From Gemmatimonadota bacterium (lineage in GTDB: Bacteria > Gemmatimonadota > Gemmatimonadetes > Gemmatimonadales > GWC2-71-9): a DNA stretch of 64,000 bases. The notes under the pieces were generated by a model. It searched no databases. It worked only from the letters and a program-made list of their open reading frames with translations, and had not been told where the DNA came from. The position numbers were made by a program, and so were the translations under genes. The stretch covers positions 13,382 through 77,381 of the forward strand of contig JBDHHK010000001.1 of assembly GCA_039589395.1 (NCBI GenBank), read 5' to 3'. This document shows positions 36,705 through 45,665 of this stretch, piece after piece; the stretch's first letter is position 1, and each line of letters starts with the position of its first letter.

Positions 36705-36801
36705 GCCCCAGGTCCGGAGGGCGAATGCGCGTGAACCGCGTCAGGACCGTGAAGGTAGCAGCGCTAAGCGAATGCACGCGTCGCTTCGGGTCGCCTGGGG
36801 C
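36705..36801 (+). ncRNA. ffs: signal recognition particle RNA (small, 4.5S-like)
   Basis: The ends pair (GCCCCAGG 36705-12 with CCTGGGGC 36794-801). The apex CGUCAGGACC-GUGAA-GGUAGCAGCG matches conserved SRP domain IV; compare E. coli GGUCAGGUCC-GGAA-GGAAGCAGCC, which has the same CAGG/AGCA symmetric loop. No ORF covers it. It lies directly upstream of dnaX-ybaB-recR, the classic ffs position. The exact ends are approximate. Confidence 0.72.
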
Positions 36802-36815
36802 AATTCATATTCCTT

Positions 36816-38474
36816 ATGACACATACCGCATTAGCTCGTAGGTATCGACCGACCGCGTTCGCCGACTTGGTCGCGCAAGGACACGTTGCAGCCGGACTGG
36901 CTGGCGCGGTGTCCAAAGACCGCGTTGCGCATGCATATCTCTTAACGGGTCCGCGTGGTGTCGGAAAGACCAGTGCTGCTAGAATCCTCGCTATGGCGCT
37001 GAATTGCGAGGACAGAGAATCGCCCACTGGTCCCGGCGAACCATGTGGTGTATGCGACTCCTGCACGCGCATATGGTCTGGAGTCGCGTGCGTGGACGTT
37101 GTCGAAATCGATGCTGCTAGCAATCGGGGTGTTGACGACGCCAGAGATTTGCGTGAACGCGCCATGTACGCCGCTAGTGGGCCAGATCGCCATAAGGTCT
37201 ACATCGTGGACGAAGCTCACATGCTCACTCGAGAAGCGTGGAATGCCCTACTGAAAATCCTCGAGGAACCTCCACCACGTGTGGTGTTTGTTTTTGCCAC
37301 CACTGAGCCTCAAAAGATCGCGGCCTCCGCCGCGCCCGTGATGAGCCGAGTGCAGAGGTTTGATTTCAGACGGATCGGTCCTCAGAGCATCGTCGAGAGG
37401 TTGAAGTGGGTGGTCGACTCCGAAGGGATAGACGTCGAAGCCGAAGCCCTCCAGTTGATCGCGCAGGTAGCTGATGGTGGCATGAGAGACGGACTGTCGT
37501 TGCTCGATCAAGCTTTAGCATACGGCGAGGGCACTATCACTGCCGCACGCGTACGCGAGGCGCTAGGTCTCATCGATCACGAGACCTACGCTGAACTCCT
37601 GGCACTGGTGGCAGAAAAGCGTACAGCCGATGTGTTCCCGTACGTTGCTCGGCTGGTGGAGTCCGGTGCAGACCTGACCGAGTTTGTACATGGAACCGGA
37701 GAGCTTTTCCGAGCGTTGTTGATTCAGATATTAGGAGGGAAGCCGGAAGGGCTCACCGACTCTCTCCGCGGCGCTGTCGAGCATCATCATTCGCGTTACG
37801 CTGCAGGCGACGTGTTGAGGATGCTGAAGCTGCTTGCGGCAACCGAGAATGCGATTCGTAGGAGCCCTAACGCAAGGCTCCACGTCGAGACCCTGCTGCT
37901 GCAATGGTCGTTGTTGGATCGGACCGTTGAGCTGGCGGAAGTGCTCAATGCTGCGGGTCTACCTGAGCGAACGCGGGCAAGAGTAGAATCCGACACAAAA
38001 AAAAACACGAAGGTTGAAGCCCAGCCCAGTACTGTGGCGACAAAAGCATCGTTGCCGGAGCGCTCATCCGAGTATGCCGAGAGTCCATTGGAGAGCCTCG
38101 TCAGGGCATGGCCGCAGGTCATTCAGGCGGTCGGCCGAAAACGTCGGATGGTTCGTGAGGCCCTGAGTCATGCGACTCCGATATCGGTCAACGAGGGGAT
38201 TGTGGAACTCGAGGTCAGCGATTGTGAAGTCCACGTCGAGGGGCTCGAGCGCAACCGAGAGATAATCGTCCAGAGCATTAAGGGAATATCCGGCATAGAC
38301 GTGCAGAAGCTCGAGTACAAACCCCAGCGGGCGGATTCAGATACGCCAGTTGCTGAACCACCGGCCCGATTGGATCGCAGCACCGATCAAGAGGAGCGGC
38401 TCAAGCATCACCGCAAGGCGGATCCTGGCCTCGATGCACTGGCGAAAGCCCTGGATTTGGAAGTACTGGAATAG
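36816..38474 (+). CDS. dnaX: DNA polymerase III subunit tau (and possibly gamma)
   Basis: Motifs GPRGVGKTSAARILA, a zinc module CGVCDSC, DEAHML, and the SRVQRF sensor. Confidence 0.93.
   Translation: MTHTALARRYRPTAFADLVAQGHVAAGLAGAVSKDRVAHAYLLTGPRGVGKTSAARILAMALNCEDRESPTGPGEPCGVCDSCTRIWSGVACVDVVEIDAASNRGVDDARDLRERAMYAASGPDRHKVYIVDEAHMLTREAWNALLKILEEPPPRVVFVFATTEPQKIAASAAPVMSRVQRFDFRRIGPQSIVERLKWVVDSEGIDVEAEALQLIAQVADGGMRDGLSLLDQALAYGEGTITAARVREALGLIDHETYAELLALVAEKRTADVFPYVARLVESGADLTEFVHGTGELFRALLIQILGGKPEGLTDSLRGAVEHHHSRYAAGDVLRMLKLLAATENAIRRSPNARLHVETLLLQWSLLDRTVELAEVLNAAGLPERTRARVESDTKKNTKVEAQPSTVATKASLPERSSEYAESPLESLVRAWPQVIQAVGRKRRMVREALSHATPISVNEGIVELEVSDCEVHVEGLERNREIIVQSIKGISGIDVQKLEYKPQRADSDTPVAEPPARLDRSTDQEERLKHHRKADPGLDALAKALDLEVLE
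37997..38017 (+). promoter_or_regulatory. candidate -1 frameshift / transcriptional slippage site in dnaX (A9 tract plus -1 frame TGA)
   Basis: A9 run at 37997-38005 (zero frame ACA AAA AAA AAC). The -1 frame reads AAA AAA CAC GAA GGT TGA, with the stop at 38015-38017. Confidence 0.45.
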
Positions 38475-38545
38475 CTTGCGGCGGTTCATTTGCGAAGGTA
38501 GCTTGCACAATTGACCGCATTTATGATCGCGCGGGTGTAATAGAT

Positions 38546-38863
38546 ATGGCAGATTTTTCGCAACTTCTCCAACTGGGTCAGCAGATGCAGGGCCGGTTGA
38601 CCCAAATGCAGACCGAACTGGCGCAGCAGACGGTGACTGGCTCGGCCGGTGGTGGAATGGTGACAGCGACCGCTGACGGTCGCGGTCAGATTAGGTCGGT
38701 GCAGATAGACCCGACTGTAGCCTCCGACGGAGACGTCGAGATGCTCGAGGACCTCGTGCTGGCGGCGATCGGCGAAGCTCAACGGAAGGCCCAGGAGTTG
38801 TACAAGAACGAAATGAGCAAGGTCACCGGAGGGTTGCCGCTTCCATTTCAACTGCCGTTGTAA
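38546..38863 (+). CDS. ybaB: nucleoid-associated protein YbaB/EbfC
   Basis: 105 aa with LQQMQ..Q.EL and GGG.V.V..DG motifs. Conserved position between dnaX and recR. Confidence 0.88.
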   Translation: MADFSQLLQLGQQMQGRLTQMQTELAQQTVTGSAGGGMVTATADGRGQIRSVQIDPTVASDGDVEMLEDLVLAAIGEAQRKAQELYKNEMSKVTGGLPLPFQLPL

Positions 38864-38867
38864 CAGC

Positions 38868-39464
38868 GTGCCTGCGATTGACGATCTCATTGGGGAATTG
38901 GCAAAGCTGCCTGGCATAGGCCGCAAAACGGCCACTCGTTTGACTTATTTCCTGCTAAAGCAACCGAACGATTTTGCCGATCGTCTAGCTAGAGCGGTCA
39001 AGGCGGTTGCCGAGAAGATCCGGCCGTGCTCGGTGTGCGGTAATCTCACAGAGGCTACCACGTGTGCGATTTGCCAGGACCCACGGCGGGATTCGAGCGT
39101 CGTCTGTGTTGTGGAGGAGGCGTCTGATATCGGTGCTATCGAGCGCACAGGCGAGTATGATGGTTTGTACCACGTGCTCGGCGGTCATCTGTCGCCCCTA
39201 GATGGCATTGGCCCGGATGAGCTGGGTATTGAAGATCTGCGAAACCGACTTACTAATGGCAGTGACGTCCGGGAGGTCATTCTCGCGACGAACCCCTCGA
39301 TGGAGGGGGAGGTTACCGCCACGTATGTGAGACGAATGCTGGACGGAAAGGGCGTGAAAGTATCTCGGATCGCTTTAGGGTTGCCCGTTGGAGGGGACTT
39401 GGAGTACGCAGACGGAGTCACGATCGCACAAGCAATTGTTGCGCGACGGGAGATGCCGAACTGA
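38868..39464 (+). CDS. recR: recombination protein RecR
   Basis: LPGIGRKTATRL helix-hairpin-helix, C4 zinc finger CSVCGNL..CAIC, and Toprim VVEE..D. GTG start. Confidence 0.93.
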   Translation: MPAIDDLIGELAKLPGIGRKTATRLTYFLLKQPNDFADRLARAVKAVAEKIRPCSVCGNLTEATTCAICQDPRRDSSVVCVVEEASDIGAIERTGEYDGLYHVLGGHLSPLDGIGPDELGIEDLRNRLTNGSDVREVILATNPSMEGEVTATYVRRMLDGKGVKVSRIALGLPVGGDLEYADGVTIAQAIVARREMPN

Positions 39465-39733
39465 TGTTTCCTAAATTGAAAGCGCTGTTGATCGGAATCG
39501 GTGTGGGAGCTACTGTCGGGGTGGTATTGGCGGAGCAGTCAATTGGCCGTCACCGTCGCGATCTGTTCAGCGACCGTCCACTGCGGCGATTGTCAGCGCT
39601 CGGGTATCTCAACAGCAGTCCGAGTGTTGATGCGGTCCATCTTTTGCATGACTATTTGACCTGGGAAACGCATCCGGTGCTGAGACGACGAGCGAAGGCA
39701 GTCGTGCGGCGCATGGAAGCGAAACTCGGGTAA
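39464..39733 (+). CDS. hypothetical small membrane-anchored protein (89 aa)
   Basis: N-terminal TM helix (ALLIGIGVGATVGVVLA) followed by a basic helical tail. The ATG shares 1 nt with the recR stop. Confidence 0.5.
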   Translation: MFPKLKALLIGIGVGATVGVVLAEQSIGRHRRDLFSDRPLRRLSALGYLNSSPSVDAVHLLHDYLTWETHPVLRRRAKAVVRRMEAKLG

Positions 39734-39745
39734 CGCGAGGAGCCA

Positions 39746-40240
39746 ATGCCTGGTGCGGCCACCTGGTCACTCGACGAAGCAGATTACCAACGTATCTCTA
39801 GTTATCTCAACGACTTACTGAAGGAGTCGAACGCTCGGTGCGCCCTTCTCGTAGATCGCGCCGGCCAGTTGCTAGCCTCAGTTGGCGAGCAGATGTCATT
39901 CGACCCAACAGCGTTCGCATCGCTGACCGCGGCGGATTTCAGTGCCAACGACCAGCTTGCGCAGATGCTGGGTGAGCCTGAGTTCGCGTCGCTGTTCCAC
40001 CAGGGTGAGAAGGAGTCGATGTACCTCGCCGACGTCGCACGACGCGTGATTCTCGTTGTGTTGTTTGACGAACGAACCACGGTTGGAATGGTGAGACTAC
40101 GCGTGAAGCAGACAGTAAACGATCTCGCCGCAGTATTCGAAGAGATGTTCAATCGGACCGGGTCCGATACTTCGCGGGCCAAAGAGGGAGGCCTGTTGGA
40201 GGGAGCGGATGACGAAATCGACAAACTATTTGGGGATTGA
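39746..40240 (+). CDS. mglB: Roadblock/LC7-domain GTPase-activating protein MglB
   Basis: Close to Myxococcus MglB by eye: LLVDRAGQLLASVG, ASLTAA, FHQGEKESMYL, VILVVLFDERTTVGMVRLRVK, and an acidic C-terminal DDEIDKLF. Confidence 0.88.
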   Translation: MPGAATWSLDEADYQRISSYLNDLLKESNARCALLVDRAGQLLASVGEQMSFDPTAFASLTAADFSANDQLAQMLGEPEFASLFHQGEKESMYLADVARRVILVVLFDERTTVGMVRLRVKQTVNDLAAVFEEMFNRTGSDTSRAKEGGLLEGADDEIDKLFGD

Positions 40241-40258
40241 GGGGAGGCGAGATAGACG

Positions 40259-40933
40259 ATGTCGATGATCAATTACGCTTCCCGAGAGATCAACTGCAAA
40301 CTCGTGTACTACGGTCCGGGTCTCGGCGGGAAAACGACCAATCTCGAACTCATTTACGGTAAGGTCGCTCCGGACACACGTGGCAAGATGGTTTCGCTAG
40401 CCACGGAAACAGAACGAACTCTGTTCTTTGACTTTCTTCCGGTCGATCTGGGAACCATTCGCGGGTTCAAGACAAGGTTTCACCTGTACACGGTCCCCGG
40501 CCAGGTCTACTACAACGCATCGCGAAAGCTGATTCTAAAGGGAGTTGACGGTGTTGTGTTTGTTGCGGACAGCCAGCTCGAGCGCAGTGAGGCAAACGTA
40601 GAGTCGATGCAGAATCTCTACGACAACATGGCCGAATACGGGTATGACCTGACGAAGATCCCATTTGTCGTGCAGTACAACAAACGAGACCTACCCAACG
40701 CAGCACCAATCGCACAGCTCCAGGAGCAGCTGAATCCGGGCTGGCCGGTTGATGATCCGGCGAAACAGCAAGAGACTCCGGATCCGTATCATCCGGGCGA
40801 TATGTTGATTGAACAGATCGACGGCGAGTGGGTCGAACGTGCCCCATACTTCGAATCTGTCGCAGTGACCGGTGACGGCGTATTCGAGACTCTGAAGGCA
40901 TTGGCAAAAGTCGTTCTCAAGACCCTCAGCTGA
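40259..40933 (+). CDS. mglA: Ras-like small GTPase MglA
   Basis: [71 protein letters not shown] and VQYNKRD are near-identical in pattern to M. xanthus MglA. It carries a ~30-aa insert before the last G motif. Confidence 0.92.
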   Translation: MSMINYASREINCKLVYYGPGLGGKTTNLELIYGKVAPDTRGKMVSLATETERTLFFDFLPVDLGTIRGFKTRFHLYTVPGQVYYNASRKLILKGVDGVVFVADSQLERSEANVESMQNLYDNMAEYGYDLTKIPFVVQYNKRDLPNAAPIAQLQEQLNPGWPVDDPAKQQETPDPYHPGDMLIEQIDGEWVERAPYFESVAVTGDGVFETLKALAKVVLKTLS

Positions 40934-40946
40934 AGCGGGTCTGGCG

Positions 40947-41609
40947 ATGATCTGGACGCTGGCGAACATAATCACCGTAAGCCGGATTGCACTTTGTCCG
41001 GTAGTCGCTTTGCTGCCTTTCATCAGAGGCTATATCCCCAAACTAATTGCATTCGTCGTCTTCTTGATCGCCGCACTCAGCGACCTATACGACGGACACC
41101 TCGCCCGCGAACGCAATGAGATTACTGAAATCGGCAAGCTTCTCGATCCGCTTGCCGACAAGCTTCTCCTCTTCTCCACCCTGGTTCCCATCTACTGGAT
41201 AACGACGTACAGAATGGTCCAGTATGAGATCCCGTGGTGGGGCAATGTACCGCTCTGGGTTGCGTTGGTGCTGCTCGGTCGTGAGTTCATGATGACTTTG
41301 TTTCGGTACCTGGCCAAACAACGTGGTGTCATCATTGCCGCTATGGGAGCCGGTAAGCTCAAGACAGTCGTGCAGGATATCTTCATCGGTTCAATGATCG
41401 CGTGGTTCGCTTGGAAGGATCTCACGGCCCAGTACGGTTGGCATACAGGTTGGTTCGGGGCGTTCTGGGAACGGTTCCACGGTACCGTGATCGCAGTTGG
41501 ACTTGCCGCGACTGTAATCGTCACGGTGTACTCACTAGGTGTGTACTTCTACAAGTACCGCAAGTTGTTTCAAGATATGGCCTCGGCAGCATCCAGCGAT
41601 GGATCTTGA
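40947..41609 (+). CDS. pgsA: CDP-diacylglycerol--glycerol-3-phosphate 3-phosphatidyltransferase
   Basis: CDP-alcohol phosphatidyltransferase motif DLYDGHLAR..G..LDPLADK, plus hydrophobic helices. Confidence 0.85.
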   Translation: MIWTLANIITVSRIALCPVVALLPFIRGYIPKLIAFVVFLIAALSDLYDGHLARERNEITEIGKLLDPLADKLLLFSTLVPIYWITTYRMVQYEIPWWGNVPLWVALVLLGREFMMTLFRYLAKQRGVIIAAMGAGKLKTVVQDIFIGSMIAWFAWKDLTAQYGWHTGWFGAFWERFHGTVIAVGLAATVIVTVYSLGVYFYKYRKLFQDMASAASSDGS

Positions 41610-42855
41610 AGTCGTAACAGTCGGCACCGAACTGCTACTAGGCTTCACTCTCGATGGAAACACCGCTGACATAGGTCGGCTTCTCTCACCCATCGGCTGT
41701 AATGTGGTTCGCAGTACGTCCGTCGCGGATGATGAGGAAGCCATTCGTGATGCGGTGTTGGGCGGCCTCTCTCGCACAGGTACGGTGGTGGTTACGGGTG
41801 GTCTCGGACCGACATGCGACGATATCACCAAGAAGGTGGTGGCGGGCATCTTTGAAGCTCCGCTGGAACTGGATCTCGGATATCTCGAAAAGCTCGAGGC
41901 AAAGTTCGCAAAGGTCCGCACGGGTCCAATGCCAAGCGCGAACAAGAGCCAGGCCGAAATCCCAAGAGGTGCTAAGGTTCTTCGAAATCCGCGCGGAACG
42001 GCACCAGGGCTATTGCTTGACGGAGACCCGGGTATGGCAATACTGCTGCCCGGGGTCCCGGTGGAGATGCGAGGCCTGATGGAGAATGAGGTCGTGCCTC
42101 TACTCAGGCGGCAAATTCGTACTGCCCACTCGCGAGAATCTGTTACCAGATCTTGCACCATCAGGACAACGGGCGTTTCGGAATCTCAACTCGCCGGGGA
42201 CTTGAGTGAGGTGGGACAATTCCCCGACTACGTGACGCTTTCGTACCTGCCCGGTGTTGACGGCGTGGATCTGAGGCTCACGATAAAAAACGTCTCAGAC
42301 TCTGACGCCACTAGATCGTTGGAACGGGCGAAGGAAATCGTGCTGCCTAGAATCGGTTCTAGGTTCTACGGCCTCGCCCCTGTCACGCTTGCTGAAGTGC
42401 TGATCAATCATCTGCGTGACGAGCAGATGCGAATCGCAGTCGCTGAATCGTGCACGGGCGGGATGATTGGCGCTCGGCTCACGACGGTGGCCGGTGCGTC
42501 CGATGTTTTCGCCGGCGGTATCATATGCTATGAAAACGCCTCCAAGATCCGCGATCTTGGTGTTGGCGGTGCCACACTGGAGGAAGCGGGTTCGGTCAGT
42601 GAACCCGTGGCCAGGGAGATGGCGGATGGGGTGTGCAGGAGATTCCAGACAGAAGTAGGCGTCGCGGTCACGGGCATTGCCGGTCCAGATGGAGGCACCC
42701 CGGAAAAGCCGGTGGGCACCGTGTGGATGGCTGCGCGTGTTGGTTCTACAACTCGCGCTGTGCGACGGTGGTTTCCAGGGAAACGAAGCGAGGTTCGAAA
42801 GCGTAGTGCTCAGGGTGCTCTGGATCTCGTACGAGGCTTGCTGGATCCCGAGTGA
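41599..42855 (+). CDS. cinA: CinA-family protein (MoCF-binding domain + nicotinamide-nucleotide amidase domain)
   Basis: Motifs VTVGTELLLG, VVVTGGLGPTCDDITK and AESCTGGMIGARLT. I trimmed the start to the ATG at 41599, which overlaps the pgsA end by 11 nt. Confidence 0.88.
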   Translation: MDLEVVTVGTELLLGFTLDGNTADIGRLLSPIGCNVVRSTSVADDEEAIRDAVLGGLSRTGTVVVTGGLGPTCDDITKKVVAGIFEAPLELDLGYLEKLEAKFAKVRTGPMPSANKSQAEIPRGAKVLRNPRGTAPGLLLDGDPGMAILLPGVPVEMRGLMENEVVPLLRRQIRTAHSRESVTRSCTIRTTGVSESQLAGDLSEVGQFPDYVTLSYLPGVDGVDLRLTIKNVSDSDATRSLERAKEIVLPRIGSRFYGLAPVTLAEVLINHLRDEQMRIAVAESCTGGMIGARLTTVAGASDVFAGGIICYENASKIRDLGVGGATLEEAGSVSEPVAREMADGVCRRFQTEVGVAVTGIAGPDGGTPEKPVGTVWMAARVGSTTRAVRRWFPGKRSEVRKRSAQGALDLVRGLLDPE

Positions 42856-42973
42856 GGGATTTGGCTGCCGGCCGGGCTCGGATGGTGCGTACCTCGTTGC
42901 CAGTGTATAGTTCGAACGGCCCAGATCTTGGCATAATTTCCACTGACGAAAACCGAAGGAACCGGACAGTCGC

Positions 42974-43630
42974 ATGAGGAAGCGCAAGCAGGAAGAGGAA
43001 GAAAACAAGGAAGAAACTCTAGAGGGCATAGATCCGCTCGAAGCGGAATTGCAGGGTGACGCAACACAGGAGGACACAGAAGACCTTCAGCCAGTCGAGG
43101 AACCTGAAGCAGAGGATGACGGGCACGTGGCTCTCGTAGAGACCTCTGAGGCAGTAATCCAGCGACTGACCGAAGAGCTCAACGAAGAAAAGGAGAGATG
43201 GCTCCGTCTGGCCGCGGAGTTCGACAATTTCCGGAAACGTGTGGAGCGACAGCGGGGTGAGAACCGGCACAATGCACGATCCGAAATCGTCCGCTCCATT
43301 CTCGAAACTCTAGATAATCTCGCCAGGGTGACCGCACTCGAGGGCACCGACACGAGCGCGGACGATGTGATTGCCGGCGTTCAGATGGTGGAGCGAGGGC
43401 TCATGCGGGAGCTCGAGAGTGCCGGCCTTGTGAGGGTGGGCAGCGTGGACGAGGTGTTCGATCCCAATGACCACGAGGCGGTTTCCACGACGGCGGCGCC
43501 GGACGAGGAAAAGGTGGACCTCATTGCGGCGGTATTCCAGGTAGGTTATCGGTTCGGTGGCACACTCCTGAGGCCAGCGCGAGTGCAGGTCTATGTGGCC
43601 CCTATGGCGGACGCGGACGCTGGGGAATAG
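42974..43630 (+). CDS. grpE: nucleotide exchange factor GrpE
   Basis: Acidic N-terminus, with RL.AEFDNFRKR and FDPN.HEA motifs. Confidence 0.9.
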   Translation: MRKRKQEEEENKEETLEGIDPLEAELQGDATQEDTEDLQPVEEPEAEDDGHVALVETSEAVIQRLTEELNEEKERWLRLAAEFDNFRKRVERQRGENRHNARSEIVRSILETLDNLARVTALEGTDTSADDVIAGVQMVERGLMRELESAGLVRVGSVDEVFDPNDHEAVSTTAAPDEEKVDLIAAVFQVGYRFGGTLLRPARVQVYVAPMADADAGE

Positions 43631-43633
43631 ATC

Positions 43634-44728
43634 ATGACGCAGGGAAAGGATTACTACCAGATACTCGGAGTCTCAGACAAAGCGTCTGCAGATGACATCA
43701 AGAAGGCGTATCGCCGTCTAGCAAAGAAATACCATCCGGACGCAAATCCCAACGACAAGACCGCAGCGGAACGGTTCAAAGAGATCTCTGAGGCACACTC
43801 GATCCTGAGCGATGCCGACCAACGCAAGCAATATGACATGATGCGCAAGTTCGGTTCGTTCGCGGGAGGCCCAAGGACGTGGGCGGGGCGAGGCCCTCGC
43901 GGCCAATCCACACGCACCGAGGATTTCGATTTTGGTGGTATGGGGAGCGGGTTCTCAGGCCTTGGCGACATTTTCTCCTCGATATTCGGAAAGGGGAAAC
44001 GGTCCGGTGAGGTGGAACCGATCGAAAAGGTCGTTGAGATCTCATTCAAGCAGGCGGCGTTGGGGGGCAAGGTGCCCATTACGATTCCCGTGACCGAAGT
44101 ATGTCCCCAGTGCGGAGGCTCGGGCGCAGCTCCGGGTGCGAAGGTGTCGACGTGCGAGGAATGTGGTGGACGGGGTCAGGTAACCTTCGGGCAGGGTAGT
44201 TTCTCAGTGCCTAGGCCGTGTCCGGCGTGCCGAGGTCGGGGCAAAACAACGTCTAGTCCTTGTGGTACGTGCTCTGAGACGGGCGAAGTGTCTGTACAAA
44301 AGAAGGTGCTCGTGACGGTAAACCCTGGCACCGATTCAGGGCACAAGGTTCGTCTCAAGGGTCAGGGCCAACGCAACCCGACAGGTGGCCGTGCAGGTGA
44401 TCTGGTTGTGACATTCCAGGTGAAATCAGATCGCTTCTTCCGTCGAGACGGTCTCAATATCCACTGCTCGATTCCGCTCAATCTCGCGCAAGCGGCTCTG
44501 GGAACAAAGCTTCAGGTACGTACGATTCACGGAAGCAAGGTGGTGTTGCGGATACCTGCAGGTACTCAACCAGGGCGCAAACTGCGGATCAAGGGGCAGG
44601 GTGTGGAACGGAACGGACGCAGAGGCGATCAATTCGTTGAGATTTTGGTAGACATTCCGAAGGATCTCACACCGGAACAGGAGAAACTACTCAAGGACTT
44701 CGCCGCAGCTGCAGACCTGAAATACTGA
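43634..44728 (+). CDS. dnaJ: molecular chaperone DnaJ (type I)
   Basis: J domain ([22 protein letters not shown]), a G/F region, and four CxxCxGxG repeats. Confidence 0.92.
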   Translation: MTQGKDYYQILGVSDKASADDIKKAYRRLAKKYHPDANPNDKTAAERFKEISEAHSILSDADQRKQYDMMRKFGSFAGGPRTWAGRGPRGQSTRTEDFDFGGMGSGFSGLGDIFSSIFGKGKRSGEVEPIEKVVEISFKQAALGGKVPITIPVTEVCPQCGGSGAAPGAKVSTCEECGGRGQVTFGQGSFSVPRPCPACRGRGKTTSSPCGTCSETGEVSVQKKVLVTVNPGTDSGHKVRLKGQGQRNPTGGRAGDLVVTFQVKSDRFFRRDGLNIHCSIPLNLAQAALGTKLQVRTIHGSKVVLRIPAGTQPGRKLRIKGQGVERNGRRGDQFVEILVDIPKDLTPEQEKLLKDFAAAADLKY

Positions 44729-44734
44729 GGCTGA

Positions 44735-45541
44735 CTAAGTTCCCCCTACCCAGTTCGAAGCCGAATCCGGATAGATCTCGCCCATCCGCCCCACGACAAA
44801 TGTCGCGGATGGCCCCTCTCGCGACCATCTTACGACCTCACCAGTGGTTGGGGAGAACCCAAATACGATAAAACTCCGCTCGGTCTCTTGGCCTGCCAGG
44901 AGGTGAGTGCGTCCGTCGGCATCGACGGCCAGGTCGACGGCATAAATAGTGTCATCCCACGGCCATTCTATCCTCCAGCGGATATTCCCCCGACCGTTGT
45001 ACAGAGTAACCGAACGGTCCGTAATTGCGTGAAGTACTCCGCCACGCGCTGCAGCCACGAGGCCGGTGCGGGTCCCCGTTTCGGTGAGTGCAAACGTGAC
45101 CACGCTGTCACCGTCGAAGGCGGCCAGCCTGCCATCGGTGGTTTCCACGACGATGCGGCCGTCCGGGAGAACAGCAAACTGGTGCGGTGCTGACGCAATG
45201 CCTCCGAGGTCTACTCGATCGATCACCGAGCCATCGGAATCAAACACCACAATCCATGGCCTACCATCGACAACATCTGATACGTACCAGGAGCCATTGA
45301 TCCACTGAGTTTGGATTGGGCTCGTTAGGTCGTCGGCGCCGAGCGTGTCCAAAATCCCTGTGTGACGAAAGTGTAAGAGGACACCCGGCTGGCCGAGCGC
45401 GGTGAACGCATATATCGAATCGATGGCTGGCGCCACGGCCCGACCATCGACAAAGATCAACTCCGATCTTTCGATGCGTGTTTGGCAGGCGCTGAACGCG
45501 GCTCCCACCAAGATGATTAGAAATGTCCAATGCTGTCTCAT
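44735..45541 (-). CDS. hypothetical lipoprotein, probably beta-rich
   Basis: Signal peptide with a lipobox (GAAFSAC) and repeated DG/beta-strand-like segments. No family recognised. Confidence 0.55.
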   Translation of the reverse strand: MRQHWTFLIILVGAAFSACQTRIERSELIFVDGRAVAPAIDSIYAFTALGQPGVLLHFRHTGILDTLGADDLTSPIQTQWINGSWYVSDVVDGRPWIVVFDSDGSVIDRVDLGGIASAPHQFAVLPDGRIVVETTDGRLAAFDGDSVVTFALTETGTRTGLVAAARGGVLHAITDRSVTLYNGRGNIRWRIEWPWDDTIYAVDLAVDADGRTHLLAGQETERSFIVFGFSPTTGEVVRWSREGPSATFVVGRMGEIYPDSASNWVGGT

Positions 45542-45574
45542 AGGCTCGGGCGATTCCCCCCATGCTTGACACTC

Positions 45575-45591
45575 GTTGGCGAAATGCCAAC
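45575..45591. promoter_or_regulatory. perfect inverted repeat GTTGGC-N5-GCCAAC next to a TTGACA hexamer
   Basis: GTTGGCgaaatGCCAAC lies in the divergent intergenic region between the lipoprotein gene and yjbQ. TTGACA is at 45566-45571. Confidence 0.25.
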
Positions 45592-45665
45592 CTCACGAAG
45601 ATATTCGACCATGGCACCGTTCTGCAATATTGAGGACTCCCAACCGCGAGGAGGATTCGAAAACG

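Noticed and set aside
42856-42973. CIRCE element or sigma54 promoter (TGGCAT at about 42929) upstream of grpE.
   Set aside because: There is no TTAGCACTC/GAGTGCTAA arm. The TGGCAT is not followed by a GC dinucleotide at the -12 spacing. The same bases fit a weak extended -10 (TGgCATAAT) with TTCGAA 15 nt upstream, which is too weak to report as a feature.
41535-43077. 208-aa and 260-aa minus-strand ORFs antisense to cinA and the grpE 5' end. The same class includes 5812-6432, 24768-25385, 34321-35004, 59615-60166, 61220-61864 and 62975-63505.
   Set aside because: All lie opposite genes with strong family signatures and show biased low-complexity composition. I treat them as shadow ORFs.
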